Assembly (NCBI GenBank): GCA_049299095.1
Contig: JBAQWV010000041.1
Span: 64,278-128,277, forward strand
Direction: 5' to 3'
Length of the DNA: 64,000 nt
DNA from: Anaerolineae bacterium
Lineage (GTDB): Bacteria; Chloroflexota; Anaerolineae; JAAEKA01
In this document: positions 47,796 through 56,033 of the stretch, piece after piece
How the letters are laid out: each line of letters opens with the position of its first letter
Position numbering within the stretch: position 1 is the first letter of the stretch
The notes under the pieces: generated by a model
The model's input: the letters and a program-made list of their open reading frames with translations, nothing else
Told to the model about the DNA's origin: nothing
Database searches by the model: none
Translations under genes and position numbers: made by a program

Positions 47796-49745
47796 ATGAC
47801 TGTCAACCCTGTTTCTTCTTCCTCACCGCGTCGCTTTTCCTGGAAAACCATCCTGGCCATGCTGGCTATCGTGCTGGCCGTGGTCGCTGTGTTGCTAGCT
47901 GTGCGCGTGATACGCGCGGCCAACGCGGCACGCTCGGCCATGAACGAACTGCAAGTCCTGCAAGACCTCGACCCGGCACTCATCACCAGCCTCGATCCGT
48001 CCACCTTGCGCGATCTGCGTGACCGCTTCGCTCGTCTTGAAGGCGATTTCACCATCATTGAGCGTCAGGCCGGGCCATTTTTGCCCTTGACGCGTCACAT
48101 GGGTTGGCTGCCGCGCTATAGTGCCGAAGCGCAGGCCGCGCCAGCCTTGCTCGATTTAGCGCAGAATGTGGCGACCGCTGGCCGCGCGGGCATGGACGGC
48201 GCAGCGGTGATCGCGGAAGCCCTGAAAGCACAGGAAACTGGCGGCAGCGCACTGGCACGGCTGGTTCCAGCCCTGCAACAGACACAGCCGAGCTGGCAGG
48301 AAGTGGACGATGCACTGGTTGCCGTGGCCGCAGCGCGCAGCCACCTGGATTTGACCAGCCTCGACCCGCGTTTGACCCACCAACTGCAACAGCTCGACAC
48401 CTATTTGCCCCTGCTGCAAACCGGGTCGGCGCTGGCGCGCCTGGCCCCGCAGTTGCTCGGCGCAGAAGGCGCAAAGACCTACCTGGTATTGCCACAGAAC
48501 AGCGATGAACTGCGCCCCACTGGTGGCTTCATCAGCGGCGTCGGCCTGCTGCCACTTGACCGCGGCGAGCTGGGTGAGGTGGATTTCGAGGACAGCTACA
48601 CGATCTACAACGACCAGGTGGATCACCCACTGGCCCCCGCCGATCTGGAAGCGACGATGGGCGCGCAGATTTTACTCTTCCGCGACGCCAATTGGTCGGT
48701 GGATTTCCCGGCGTCCGCGGGCGTGGCCCAGGCGCTCTATCAACTCGATACCGGTCGCAGCACCGATGGCGTTATTGCTTTTGATCTGGTCGCCACGCAA
48801 CGCTTGATGGCCGGGCTGGAGCCGCTGACCCTGCCAGGCTATCAGGAGCCGCTCACCACCGGCAACGTCCTCGCGGCCCTGCGCGCGGTCTGGAACGAAC
48901 CATTAACCACGGAAGGCACCGCCAGTCAAAGCACCACCTCCGACTGGTGGCTGCATCGCAAGGACTTCATGGGCGATCTGGCCGCGGCCGCGCGTACCAA
49001 ACTAGAAGCCGGACAGGTGGACATGGGCAAGCTGGCGCAAGCGTTGTACAGCAGCTTACAGGAAAAGCATCTCCTGCTGGCGATGAATGACCCCGCCGTG
49101 CAGGCCTTGCTGGATGAAGCCGGTTGGAGCGGCAAGGTGACGCCGGGCGATGGTGATTATCTGTTAGTGGTAGATAGCAACATCGGCTGGAACAAGGTCA
49201 ACAGCGTGGTGCAACGCAACACCAACTACACCATTACGCCGAACGCCGACGGCAGCGCCCGTGCCCAACTAGAATTGGTCTATCAGCATACCGGCACAAC
49301 CTCCGCCGACCTGTGTGTACACGTGGCGCGCTACGGCGATTCCTATGAGGACATGGTGCGCCGCTGCTATTTCAACTATCTACGCGTGCTGGTACCAGAC
49401 GGGGCAAAACTGGTGCAGGCGGAGGGTTTCAACGAGCCAACGGCCAGCACGCAGCGCGGTGAGCGTAACACCACGCAGTTCGCCGGTAATCTGACCGTGC
49501 CGCCAGGTGAAACCCGTCGCGTCCTGTTGACCTACGACCTGCCCGCGGGTCTGGTCACGCCCAACGCCTATCATCTGCGCATCCAAAAGCAGCCGGGCAT
49601 TCCAGCCTGGCCGGCGCGCGTGGTGGTGGCTGATCCCGTGGGGGGCTGGCAAACTGCTGCCGCGGGGAGCAAACCAACCGACGCGGGCTTGCTGACACCG
49701 GTCGAGCTGAGCCGCGATACCGATTTGGTCTGGACGCGACCCTAG
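47796..49745 (+). CDS. membrane-anchored DUF4012-like protein
   Basis: N-terminal TM; YLVLPQNSDELRPTGGFISGVGLL motif recalled as DUF4012-like; 649 aa. Confidence 0.45.
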   Translation: MTVNPVSSSSPRRFSWKTILAMLAIVLAVVAVLLAVRVIRAANAARSAMNELQVLQDLDPALITSLDPSTLRDLRDRFARLEGDFTIIERQAGPFLPLTRHMGWLPRYSAEAQAAPALLDLAQNVATAGRAGMDGAAVIAEALKAQETGGSALARLVPALQQTQPSWQEVDDALVAVAAARSHLDLTSLDPRLTHQLQQLDTYLPLLQTGSALARLAPQLLGAEGAKTYLVLPQNSDELRPTGGFISGVGLLPLDRGELGEVDFEDSYTIYNDQVDHPLAPADLEATMGAQILLFRDANWSVDFPASAGVAQALYQLDTGRSTDGVIAFDLVATQRLMAGLEPLTLPGYQEPLTTGNVLAALRAVWNEPLTTEGTASQSTTSDWWLHRKDFMGDLAAAARTKLEAGQVDMGKLAQALYSSLQEKHLLLAMNDPAVQALLDEAGWSGKVTPGDGDYLLVVDSNIGWNKVNSVVQRNTNYTITPNADGSARAQLELVYQHTGTTSADLCVHVARYGDSYEDMVRRCYFNYLRVLVPDGAKLVQAEGFNEPTASTQRGERNTTQFAGNLTVPPGETRRVLLTYDLPAGLVTPNAYHLRIQKQPGIPAWPARVVVADPVGGWQTAAAGSKPTDAGLLTPVELSRDTDLVWTRP

Positions 49746-49779
49746 CGCGCCCCGTGGCGCACCCATTCAGGAGCAATTT

Positions 49780-50259
49780 GTGCGAGGACGGTTCCTTCTT
49801 TTCTGCTTGATCATTTGTCTGAGCCTCAGCGCGGTCTGGGCCAGTACGGCCGCGGCCAGTGGTCGCCCGCAGGGCAAGCCCGGCCAGCCAATTGTAATTA
49901 GCTGGTCCACCGAGACCGAAGTCAACACCGCCGGGTTCAATGTGTACCGCGCGCTGTCCGAGGATGGCCCGTGGGAAAAAATCAACGACCGGCTAATCCC
50001 CGGTTCGTCCGATCCTTTGCGCGGCGGCAACTACACCTTCACCGATAGTAAGGTGCAAGCGGGCATCACCTACTGGTACGAACTGGAGGAAGTCGAACTG
50101 AGCGGCCAAACCACGCGGCTGGAGCGCACTAAAGCCACCGCGCGCGGCACTGGCTTGTTCGATGGCCTGCAATGCTTCGGTGGCTTGTCCGCGCTGACCG
50201 TCTTCAGCCTGGGATTGGTCTGGACGCAGCGGCGCAAGGTAGCTTATGGCTATTCCTGA
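49780..50259 (+). CDS. small secreted FN3-like protein with C-terminal hydrophobic anchor plus RRK
   Basis: Signal peptide, FN3-like core (ISWSTETEVNTAGFNVYRAL...), C-terminal CFGGLSALTVFSLGLVWTQRRK; 14-nt overlap with the downstream radical SAM gene. Confidence 0.5.
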   Translation: MRGRFLLFCLIICLSLSAVWASTAAASGRPQGKPGQPIVISWSTETEVNTAGFNVYRALSEDGPWEKINDRLIPGSSDPLRGGNYTFTDSKVQAGITYWYELEEVELSGQTTRLERTKATARGTGLFDGLQCFGGLSALTVFSLGLVWTQRRKVAYGYS

Positions 50260-51886
50260 GCTGCTGCTGATCAGTCCGCCAGACTACGCTACGCGCGAAT
50301 TTCGCGGCGCGCAGCCGCTCGGCATCGCCTATCTGGCTGCGGCCTTACGTGCCGCGGCCATCCCCGCGACCCTGCTGGATGCCAATGTAGACGGCCCGCT
50401 GCCCTTTAACGACCTCGTCGCGCAGGTGCTGGCTTTCGTTGCGCGCGCGCGCGCCGACGGGAAACGTCCCGTCGTGGGTATTTCCACCGTTTCGCAGGTG
50501 ATGGGCACGGTGGCCGCGCTCGCCCAGCGCATCAAAGCAAGCGATCCCGCCGTGTTGATCGTCGTGGGGGGCTATCATGCCACCTTTGCCGACCGCGAGA
50601 TTCTGGCCGACTTCCCCGCGGTAGACTTGTGCGTGCGCGGCGAAGGGGAGTTAACCATCGTTGAGCTAATGCAGCACTGGCAGGCCGCGGGCCAGGCTGG
50701 GCCGCGTGCGATCAGTTGGGAGCAAATTGCCGGCGTCACCTGGCGACAGGGAGACGAAATCGTTGCCAACCCCAGCCGCCCAAACAACAACGACCTTGAT
50801 GCGTTGCCCTTTCCAGCCCGCGATCTGTTGCCGCCATTGCAAGCCTACGCGGCGTATGCCGACACCGTGGCGGGCAAGCTGCGGCGCAAGGCTTCGATGA
50901 TCTCCAGCCGCGGCTGCCCTTTCCATTGCAACTTCTGTTCGATCATTGCCTTTTACGCGGACGCGGGCGGCAAGCCCTGGCGCGGCCGCAGTGTGGAAAA
51001 TGTCGTTGCCGAGATGGTGGATTTGGCAGAACAGAGCGGAGCCAGTCATTTTGAATTCCAGGACGACAACTTCTTCGTGCGGCCCGACCGCGCGCTGGCA
51101 ATTGTAGAAGCCTATGCGCGCACCGGCCGCGACTTCTCCTTTGCCTTTTTGACCCGCGCCGATCAGGTGGTGAAAGGAGAACGCTACTTCCCCGCCCTGC
51201 GGCAAGCCGGGCTGCGCTATGTCAGCGTCGGCATCGAAAGCGGCAGCGAGGCGTCGCTGGAGCGCATGGTCAAGCAAACCGGGGTGGAGATCAACCGCCG
51301 CGCGCTGCAAATTCTGCACGACAACGACATCGCGGCCCAGGTGGAGTTCATCATGTTCGAGCCAGGCAGCACCCTGGCCGACCTGCGCGATAATATGCGT
51401 TTCATTGAGCAACAGGGCTTGTTCGGCTATTTCCCGCCGCTGATCCTCGGCAGCTTGCTGCTAATGCCCGGCACGCCCGCTCGCGCCCAAATCGAAGCGG
51501 AGCGTGGCCTGCGCGGCAGCATTCACCAATCCTTGCCCTATGAGTTTCTCGATCCACAGGTGACTGCGCTGCGCCAACTGCTCGACGATTTCCAGCGGCA
51601 ACTGGGCAGTGCGTGGTATGAATTGGCCTTCAGCCTGCTGGACGGCATCCCCGAGCTGGAAATTGCGCAGCGCAGCCAGGCCGCGCGCCTTACCCCACGC
51701 CAGTTGGCCGAATTAAAGCTGGAATTCTTTGCCCTGACGCGCCTCCCTTATCAATTATTGCGCAATGGCTTGCAGGCTGCGGATGAGGGAACATTGCCAA
51801 GCGAGCAGGCCGCGCTGTTGGCGCGTGCCGCCAGCGAGTTCGCAGAGGTGCAAGCGCGCGTTGCCGCGCTGCGGTCGCCAGCCTAG
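50246..51886 (+). CDS. B12-binding radical SAM protein (class B radical SAM)
   Basis: N-terminal cobalamin-binding Rossmann-like domain (LLISPP...VVGGYHATF), then CPFHCNFC (Cx3Cx2C) radical SAM core; 546 aa. Confidence 0.8.
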   Translation: MAIPELLLISPPDYATREFRGAQPLGIAYLAAALRAAAIPATLLDANVDGPLPFNDLVAQVLAFVARARADGKRPVVGISTVSQVMGTVAALAQRIKASDPAVLIVVGGYHATFADREILADFPAVDLCVRGEGELTIVELMQHWQAAGQAGPRAISWEQIAGVTWRQGDEIVANPSRPNNNDLDALPFPARDLLPPLQAYAAYADTVAGKLRRKASMISSRGCPFHCNFCSIIAFYADAGGKPWRGRSVENVVAEMVDLAEQSGASHFEFQDDNFFVRPDRALAIVEAYARTGRDFSFAFLTRADQVVKGERYFPALRQAGLRYVSVGIESGSEASLERMVKQTGVEINRRALQILHDNDIAAQVEFIMFEPGSTLADLRDNMRFIEQQGLFGYFPPLILGSLLLMPGTPARAQIEAERGLRGSIHQSLPYEFLDPQVTALRQLLDDFQRQLGSAWYELAFSLLDGIPELEIAQRSQAARLTPRQLAELKLEFFALTRLPYQLLRNGLQAADEGTLPSEQAALLARAASEFAEVQARVAALRSPA

Positions 51887-52923
51887 CCGTTCAGAGCTTC
51901 TCGCAGCACGCGGGGGATTTGCGTGCGGTCGCTGCCCAGTTGCAGGCGATAAATCGGGGTTTCTTCCACCAACTGCACCAAAAAATCTAGATGACGGCGG
52001 GCTTGGGCGGGGTCTTGCAGGTCTACGCTAAAAAAGAGCAATTCGCTCAATACAGCGGTTTTATTGGCGGGGACGAGGAGGGTATCGCGGCGGTCGGTGA
52101 CTTCCGGAGCGAGGATCACATGTACACGCGCGCGCGGTGCAATCTGTTGCGGAAACGCCTCGGTCAGGATCGCCTGGCGTTTGCCGGTATGGCTTTGCTG
52201 GGCCGACAGGTGTGGAGCCAGCGCGGGAAACCAGGCCGCGGTCTTGGCTGTCACATCCATCGTCGCCATCAACGCCACCACGTCCACCGCGCCCGCGTCC
52301 GTGCGTTGCAGCAGCGTGGTATCGTCACCGAGAAAGTCGAGGCCCGCACTGACCGCTGTCAGCATGGTGGTGGTCTTGCCCGCGCCCGAGCGGCCGGCGA
52401 TCAATGCGGCACGGCCCGCGCAGGCAATCGCCGACGCGTGGATCAGATGCAGGCCATGTGGGCGCAACAGTTGGTACAGCGAGATAAAAATCGCCTGTTT
52501 GTAGTGACGCAGCGGCCATTGCTCCGGTGCGTGTACCAGTGCCACTGCGTGACCGGTTGTCTGGTTGAGTGCGGTCAGCATCACATCACCGTGGCGCGTG
52601 AACAGATAGGGTGGATGGTGAAACTCGCTGGTCTCCTGCTCGTGCGAAACTTGCTGCGGCAGCCACGGCAAGGCTGGCAGCGGGTCCTGGCCCAGATCAA
52701 CCAGATCCAACGTCAGTTGGCTTGTCTCACTGGCGGCAACCACTGGACAGGCCAAAGGACGCAACACCTGCTGGAGCAAGGTCGGCGATGTGCTGCGCAG
52801 GGTGACGGTGCAGTCACCAATGTGTAGGGTAACGGTTTGCAGGGGGGTACGGGCTGTTTGGCTGAAGACTTGCGCAAAGCAAGCCGCTACATCAACCGCA
52901 GCTGTAGAAGAAAAGGTAGTCAA
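51883..52923 (-). CDS. HprK-related serine kinase (lasso-peptide tailoring kinase family, PadeK-like)
   Basis: P-loop IAGRSGAGKTTTML in an HprK-C-like domain; TTG start as in the ORF track; downstream of the PqqD-like gene and precursor in the same orientation. Confidence 0.6.
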   Translation of the reverse strand: MTTFSSTAAVDVAACFAQVFSQTARTPLQTVTLHIGDCTVTLRSTSPTLLQQVLRPLACPVVAASETSQLTLDLVDLGQDPLPALPWLPQQVSHEQETSEFHHPPYLFTRHGDVMLTALNQTTGHAVALVHAPEQWPLRHYKQAIFISLYQLLRPHGLHLIHASAIACAGRAALIAGRSGAGKTTTMLTAVSAGLDFLGDDTTLLQRTDAGAVDVVALMATMDVTAKTAAWFPALAPHLSAQQSHTGKRQAILTEAFPQQIAPRARVHVILAPEVTDRRDTLLVPANKTAVLSELLFFSVDLQDPAQARRHLDFLVQLVEETPIYRLQLGSDRTQIPRVLREALNG

Positions 52924-53043
52924 ACGAAAAATATAACGAAGGAAAGCTGGGGACCAACTTTCCTTCTTATGAGCTTACGCGTGAATTGCCGAAAAATCCG
53001 GCTATAAAATTCGATAAAGAGCCACGACATTGTGGCCGGGGCC

Positions 53044-53172
53044 TTAGTTATTACCGGGCAGCAGCCAATCGGGGCTGGGGGAAACAGTGCCCAGCGTTAC
53101 CTTCTGGAGTCGCTGATGCTTGGTCAAAGTCGGGGTCTGGTAGGTCTTCTTGACAGGCGTGCTCTGATTCAC
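53044..53172 (-). CDS. lasso-peptide-like RiPP precursor (42 aa): MNQSTPVKKTYQTPTLTKHQRLQKVTL|GTVSPSPDWLLPGNN
   Basis: GTG start 6 nt after GGAGGT. Leader carries YxxPxL (YQTPTL) and Thr at -2; predicted core begins with Gly1 with Asp at position 8. Lies between the PqqD-like and kinase genes. The ORF track's longer form (to 53256) lacks an RBS. Confidence 0.6.
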   Translation of the reverse strand: MNQSTPVKKTYQTPTLTKHQRLQKVTLGTVSPSPDWLLPGNN

Positions 53173-53273
53173 AATGATACCTCCGTGTTGGTTAATTGCG
53201 CTTAGGGCGCTGTTCGCGATACGACGTATGATGCTGCCACCGGGCAGCGAAGTCACATTTCACAGTTGACAAA

Positions 53274-53558
53274 TTACACAAAAACGAGCAATCCTTCGTC
53301 GGTCAATTGTTCGGCCAAACGGAGAACATCGTCAACTACCTGAGTTCGATCCGCCTCATACTCTTGCCACACGCTATCAACCAGATCTTCGACCGTGTGC
53401 TGACCGTCTATGTGCTGCCAGATTAAGGAACCCACACTGTCAAGGCTGTAGTAGTCGCCTGTTGCAAGATTGATTAGCAGGAACTGGTCTTCTACCAGCC
53501 GATCAATCACAGTATTCGTGTTTTTAGCCAGCAGAGTTTGCAAAGAAAGACGGGACAT
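53274..53558 (-). CDS. PqqD-family RiPP recognition element (lasso B1-like)
   Basis: LINLATGDYYSLDSVGSLIWQHIDGQHTVEDLVDSVWQEYEAD...VLRLAEQLTDEGLL matches the PqqD/RRE profile; 94 aa. Confidence 0.8.
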   Translation of the reverse strand: MSRLSLQTLLAKNTNTVIDRLVEDQFLLINLATGDYYSLDSVGSLIWQHIDGQHTVEDLVDSVWQEYEADRTQVVDDVLRLAEQLTDEGLLVFV

Positions 53559-53607
53559 AGAGTATTGGATGCAAGGAAAGATGCAATTACATGCGGAATC
53601 TGCTAAA

Positions 53608-53637
53608 AATTATAGCATAGCGGGAAAGAATTTGTCA
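53608..53637 (-). promoter_or_regulatory. strong sigma70-like promoter (TTGACA-18 nt-TATAAT) driving the PqqD-precursor-kinase operon
   Basis: Consensus hexamers on the minus strand about 45 nt upstream of the PqqD start, in an AT-richer 310-bp intergenic region. Confidence 0.55.
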
Positions 53638-53868
53638 AGCCAGTTGCGCAGTTTAGCTTGTCTGATGCTTGTACAATGCAAATCCCGATCTGCTTAATAA
53701 CGCACTGTCACAGTATAATCCAGTTTGCTAAACTTGCAAACCAGCGATCGGTTTTGGCAGGCGGCAGGCCAAAGCCTCAAGCACCCCGATGCTCAGGGTG
53801 CTTGAAATAACATTGGCACAACACCAGTTTCAACGCACACAGTTACCAGACAGCAAGGTTCCTCTGTC

Positions 53869-55989
53869 CTAGCGGCTGACCGCAACGAAAGTCAGCCGGA
53901 ACGATTCGTCGCCCATGCTGCCTGACAACCGCAGCTCATTGCCGGAGATTTCGTATTGGTTGGCGACCTGCAAACGGGCCAAGAAAAGATTTTCCTGATC
54001 CAAAATCGCCGGCGCGCAGGTTTGGTTTGAGATGCTGAGCGGGCCAAAGCTGATGCTGGAACCCGTTGTGCTGTAGGTGCCCTCGTAAGTATTACAGCCC
54101 GCGGAGCCGGTGATACGCCCTTCGCTGAAGTTGGCGGTAATGCGCGCGTCAGGCATGGCGTTTTGCAGCGCCCACGGCGTGGTTTGCAGCCCCAGCAGCG
54201 GGGTTGTGGTCGGCGTATTCGCTGTCACCTGCACGGTGGTGCGCGCCTGACTGGTCTGGCCGCCTGCATTGCTGACCGTCAGTGTGATGACGTACAGTCC
54301 GGGTTGAGCGAAAACATGACTGGCAGTAGGAATATTGGCTGCGCCGCCATCACCGAAGTCCCACCGATAGCTGTTCAGCCCGCCGACCGGCGTTGAGCTG
54401 CTGCCGTCAAAGGTGACCGCCGCGCCTGCGAGCGTTTGCGAAGGCCCGCTGATGATGGCAACAGGCGGCGCGACCGTAGTGGGGGTGGCCGTGGGTGCGA
54501 GGATGGTTACTTGCTGGACGGCCACGCCGGTCAGTCCGGCGTCATCGGTGACGACCAGGGTGATGTCGAACGTTCCTGCGGTGCTATAGGTTTTGGCACT
54601 TTGCGCCTGGGTGTCGCCCGTACCGTCACCGAAACGCCATTCGTAGCGCACGATCTTGTGACCGGTGGCTACGCTGGACGCGCGGCCATCGAAAGTGAGT
54701 GGCTGGCCGATCATGCCTTGCGTCGGGCCGGTGATGATGGCGGTGGGGGGCTGATTAGCCTGGAACTGCCAGCTTGCGGCCAGTTGAGCATCGCCGCTGA
54801 AATGAACGTATTCGATGACGACACTGTGATCGCCGCGCGTTAACAGTCCGCTGTCGGCTTCCAGTTGCCGCATGGCCGCGTTCTGCCAGTCGTTGACAAT
54901 CGGACGACCATCTACCCACACACGTACCCCCCCCTGAGCTGCGACGCGGAAGCGGTAGTTGCCTTCCTCGAAGAATACCTGACGCGACCAGCGCGCAGAG
55001 AAATTGTCTGCGGGTACGCCGGTGACGGGTTCGCCCGCTCCCCAGTTGAAGCTGATGTCCGGGTCGTCCTGTACCACGGCCGCGGGCGCTTGCAGGTTGG
55101 GATTAGCAAAATATTCCCCCTTCCACCCGCGGAAGGTAGTGAGCGGTGTCGGGGTAGGCGTGGGTAACGGCGGCGGGGTAACTACGGGCACCGCGTCGGT
55201 GTTGCGCGCCTGGATGCGCTCGCTGGCAACCCAGCCAGCGCCGCCCTGAATGTTATCCGCGCGGATTTGCCACCAGGCGTTGTCCTCGGTCTTGCCGATG
55301 ATCGTGGCTGAACCGCCCGCGGGCAGGATGCCGATGACGGTATATGACTCGCCGGGACCGTTGCGCACCGAGACATTGGTCAGCGCGATAGCGGTGGCAA
55401 CGTCAGGTGTTAAAGTCACGGTGCTGGTGATGGCCGTTGACGTTGCGCTGCCGGGCGTGATGGTGGCGGTGCTGCCGCCGCTGGGGCTGGCAAACAGGCG
55501 GCTCAGTGCCCAGAGGATGAGCAGCAACACCAGGCCCAGTCCGATTACGGTGGCGATCAGACCGACGCGCAGGCCAGAAGCTGGTGGTTCTTCGCCGGGC
55601 ACGGGTTGCGCGGGGCGGGGGGATGCTGTGGGGGTGCTGGTGGTGTCGGGCCGCGGCTGCGCGCTGGTGGCTGAAGGTGGCAGGGGGCGGGGCGCAGCCG
55701 GCACAGGCGCGACCGGACGCGGGGTCACTGGCGGCGGTGCGACGGGCAGCGTCACGCCCAACTGCGCCAGCGCGGCTTCATCGTCGGCGTCAAGCGGCAG
55801 CACCGAAGCAGGCAGCGTGTTGAGGGCCGTCACAAGCGCGGTCTGTGACAGAAAATCGAGCGAAGTCTGCGCGTCCTGTTCGATGCGCAGACTGTCGCGT
55901 GGGTTAAGCTTATAGATGGCGGCTGGTGGCCCTTCGTAGATCACCAGCGTGCTTTGGGGGCGTCGGAGTACACGGGGTAAATGAGGCAT
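53869..55989 (-). CDS. membrane-anchored surface protein with SH3b, PA14, two PKD and a C-terminal META/HslJ-like domain
   Basis: Pro-rich segment plus TM; PA14 (FRGWKGEYFANPNL...); PKD (WRFGDGTGDT, WDFGDGGAAN); META-like C-terminus (GSAGCNTYEGTY...); 706 aa. Confidence 0.65.
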   Translation of the reverse strand: MPHLPRVLRRPQSTLVIYEGPPAAIYKLNPRDSLRIEQDAQTSLDFLSQTALVTALNTLPASVLPLDADDEAALAQLGVTLPVAPPPVTPRPVAPVPAAPRPLPPSATSAQPRPDTTSTPTASPRPAQPVPGEEPPASGLRVGLIATVIGLGLVLLLILWALSRLFASPSGGSTATITPGSATSTAITSTVTLTPDVATAIALTNVSVRNGPGESYTVIGILPAGGSATIIGKTEDNAWWQIRADNIQGGAGWVASERIQARNTDAVPVVTPPPLPTPTPTPLTTFRGWKGEYFANPNLQAPAAVVQDDPDISFNWGAGEPVTGVPADNFSARWSRQVFFEEGNYRFRVAAQGGVRVWVDGRPIVNDWQNAAMRQLEADSGLLTRGDHSVVIEYVHFSGDAQLAASWQFQANQPPTAIITGPTQGMIGQPLTFDGRASSVATGHKIVRYEWRFGDGTGDTQAQSAKTYSTAGTFDITLVVTDDAGLTGVAVQQVTILAPTATPTTVAPPVAIISGPSQTLAGAAVTFDGSSSTPVGGLNSYRWDFGDGGAANIPTASHVFAQPGLYVITLTVSNAGGQTSQARTTVQVTANTPTTTPLLGLQTTPWALQNAMPDARITANFSEGRITGSAGCNTYEGTYSTTGSSISFGPLSISNQTCAPAILDQENLFLARLQVANQYEISGNELRLSGSMGDESFRLTFVAVSR

Positions 55990-56033
55990 CTTGCCTTGTC
56001 TCCTGAGGGTCGAAAGAAAAATGAAACGCCGAT

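Noticed and set aside
50666-51412. 248-aa minus-strand ORF
   Set aside because: Antisense inside the B12-radical SAM gene; no domain signal.
53044-53256. 70-aa long form of the precursor ORF (GTG at 53256)
   Set aside because: No Shine-Dalgarno sequence; starts 17 nt after the PqqD stop with a non-leader-like N-terminal 28 aa. The internal GTG at 53172 has GGAGGT at ideal spacing. Kept as an alternative, not as the primary call.
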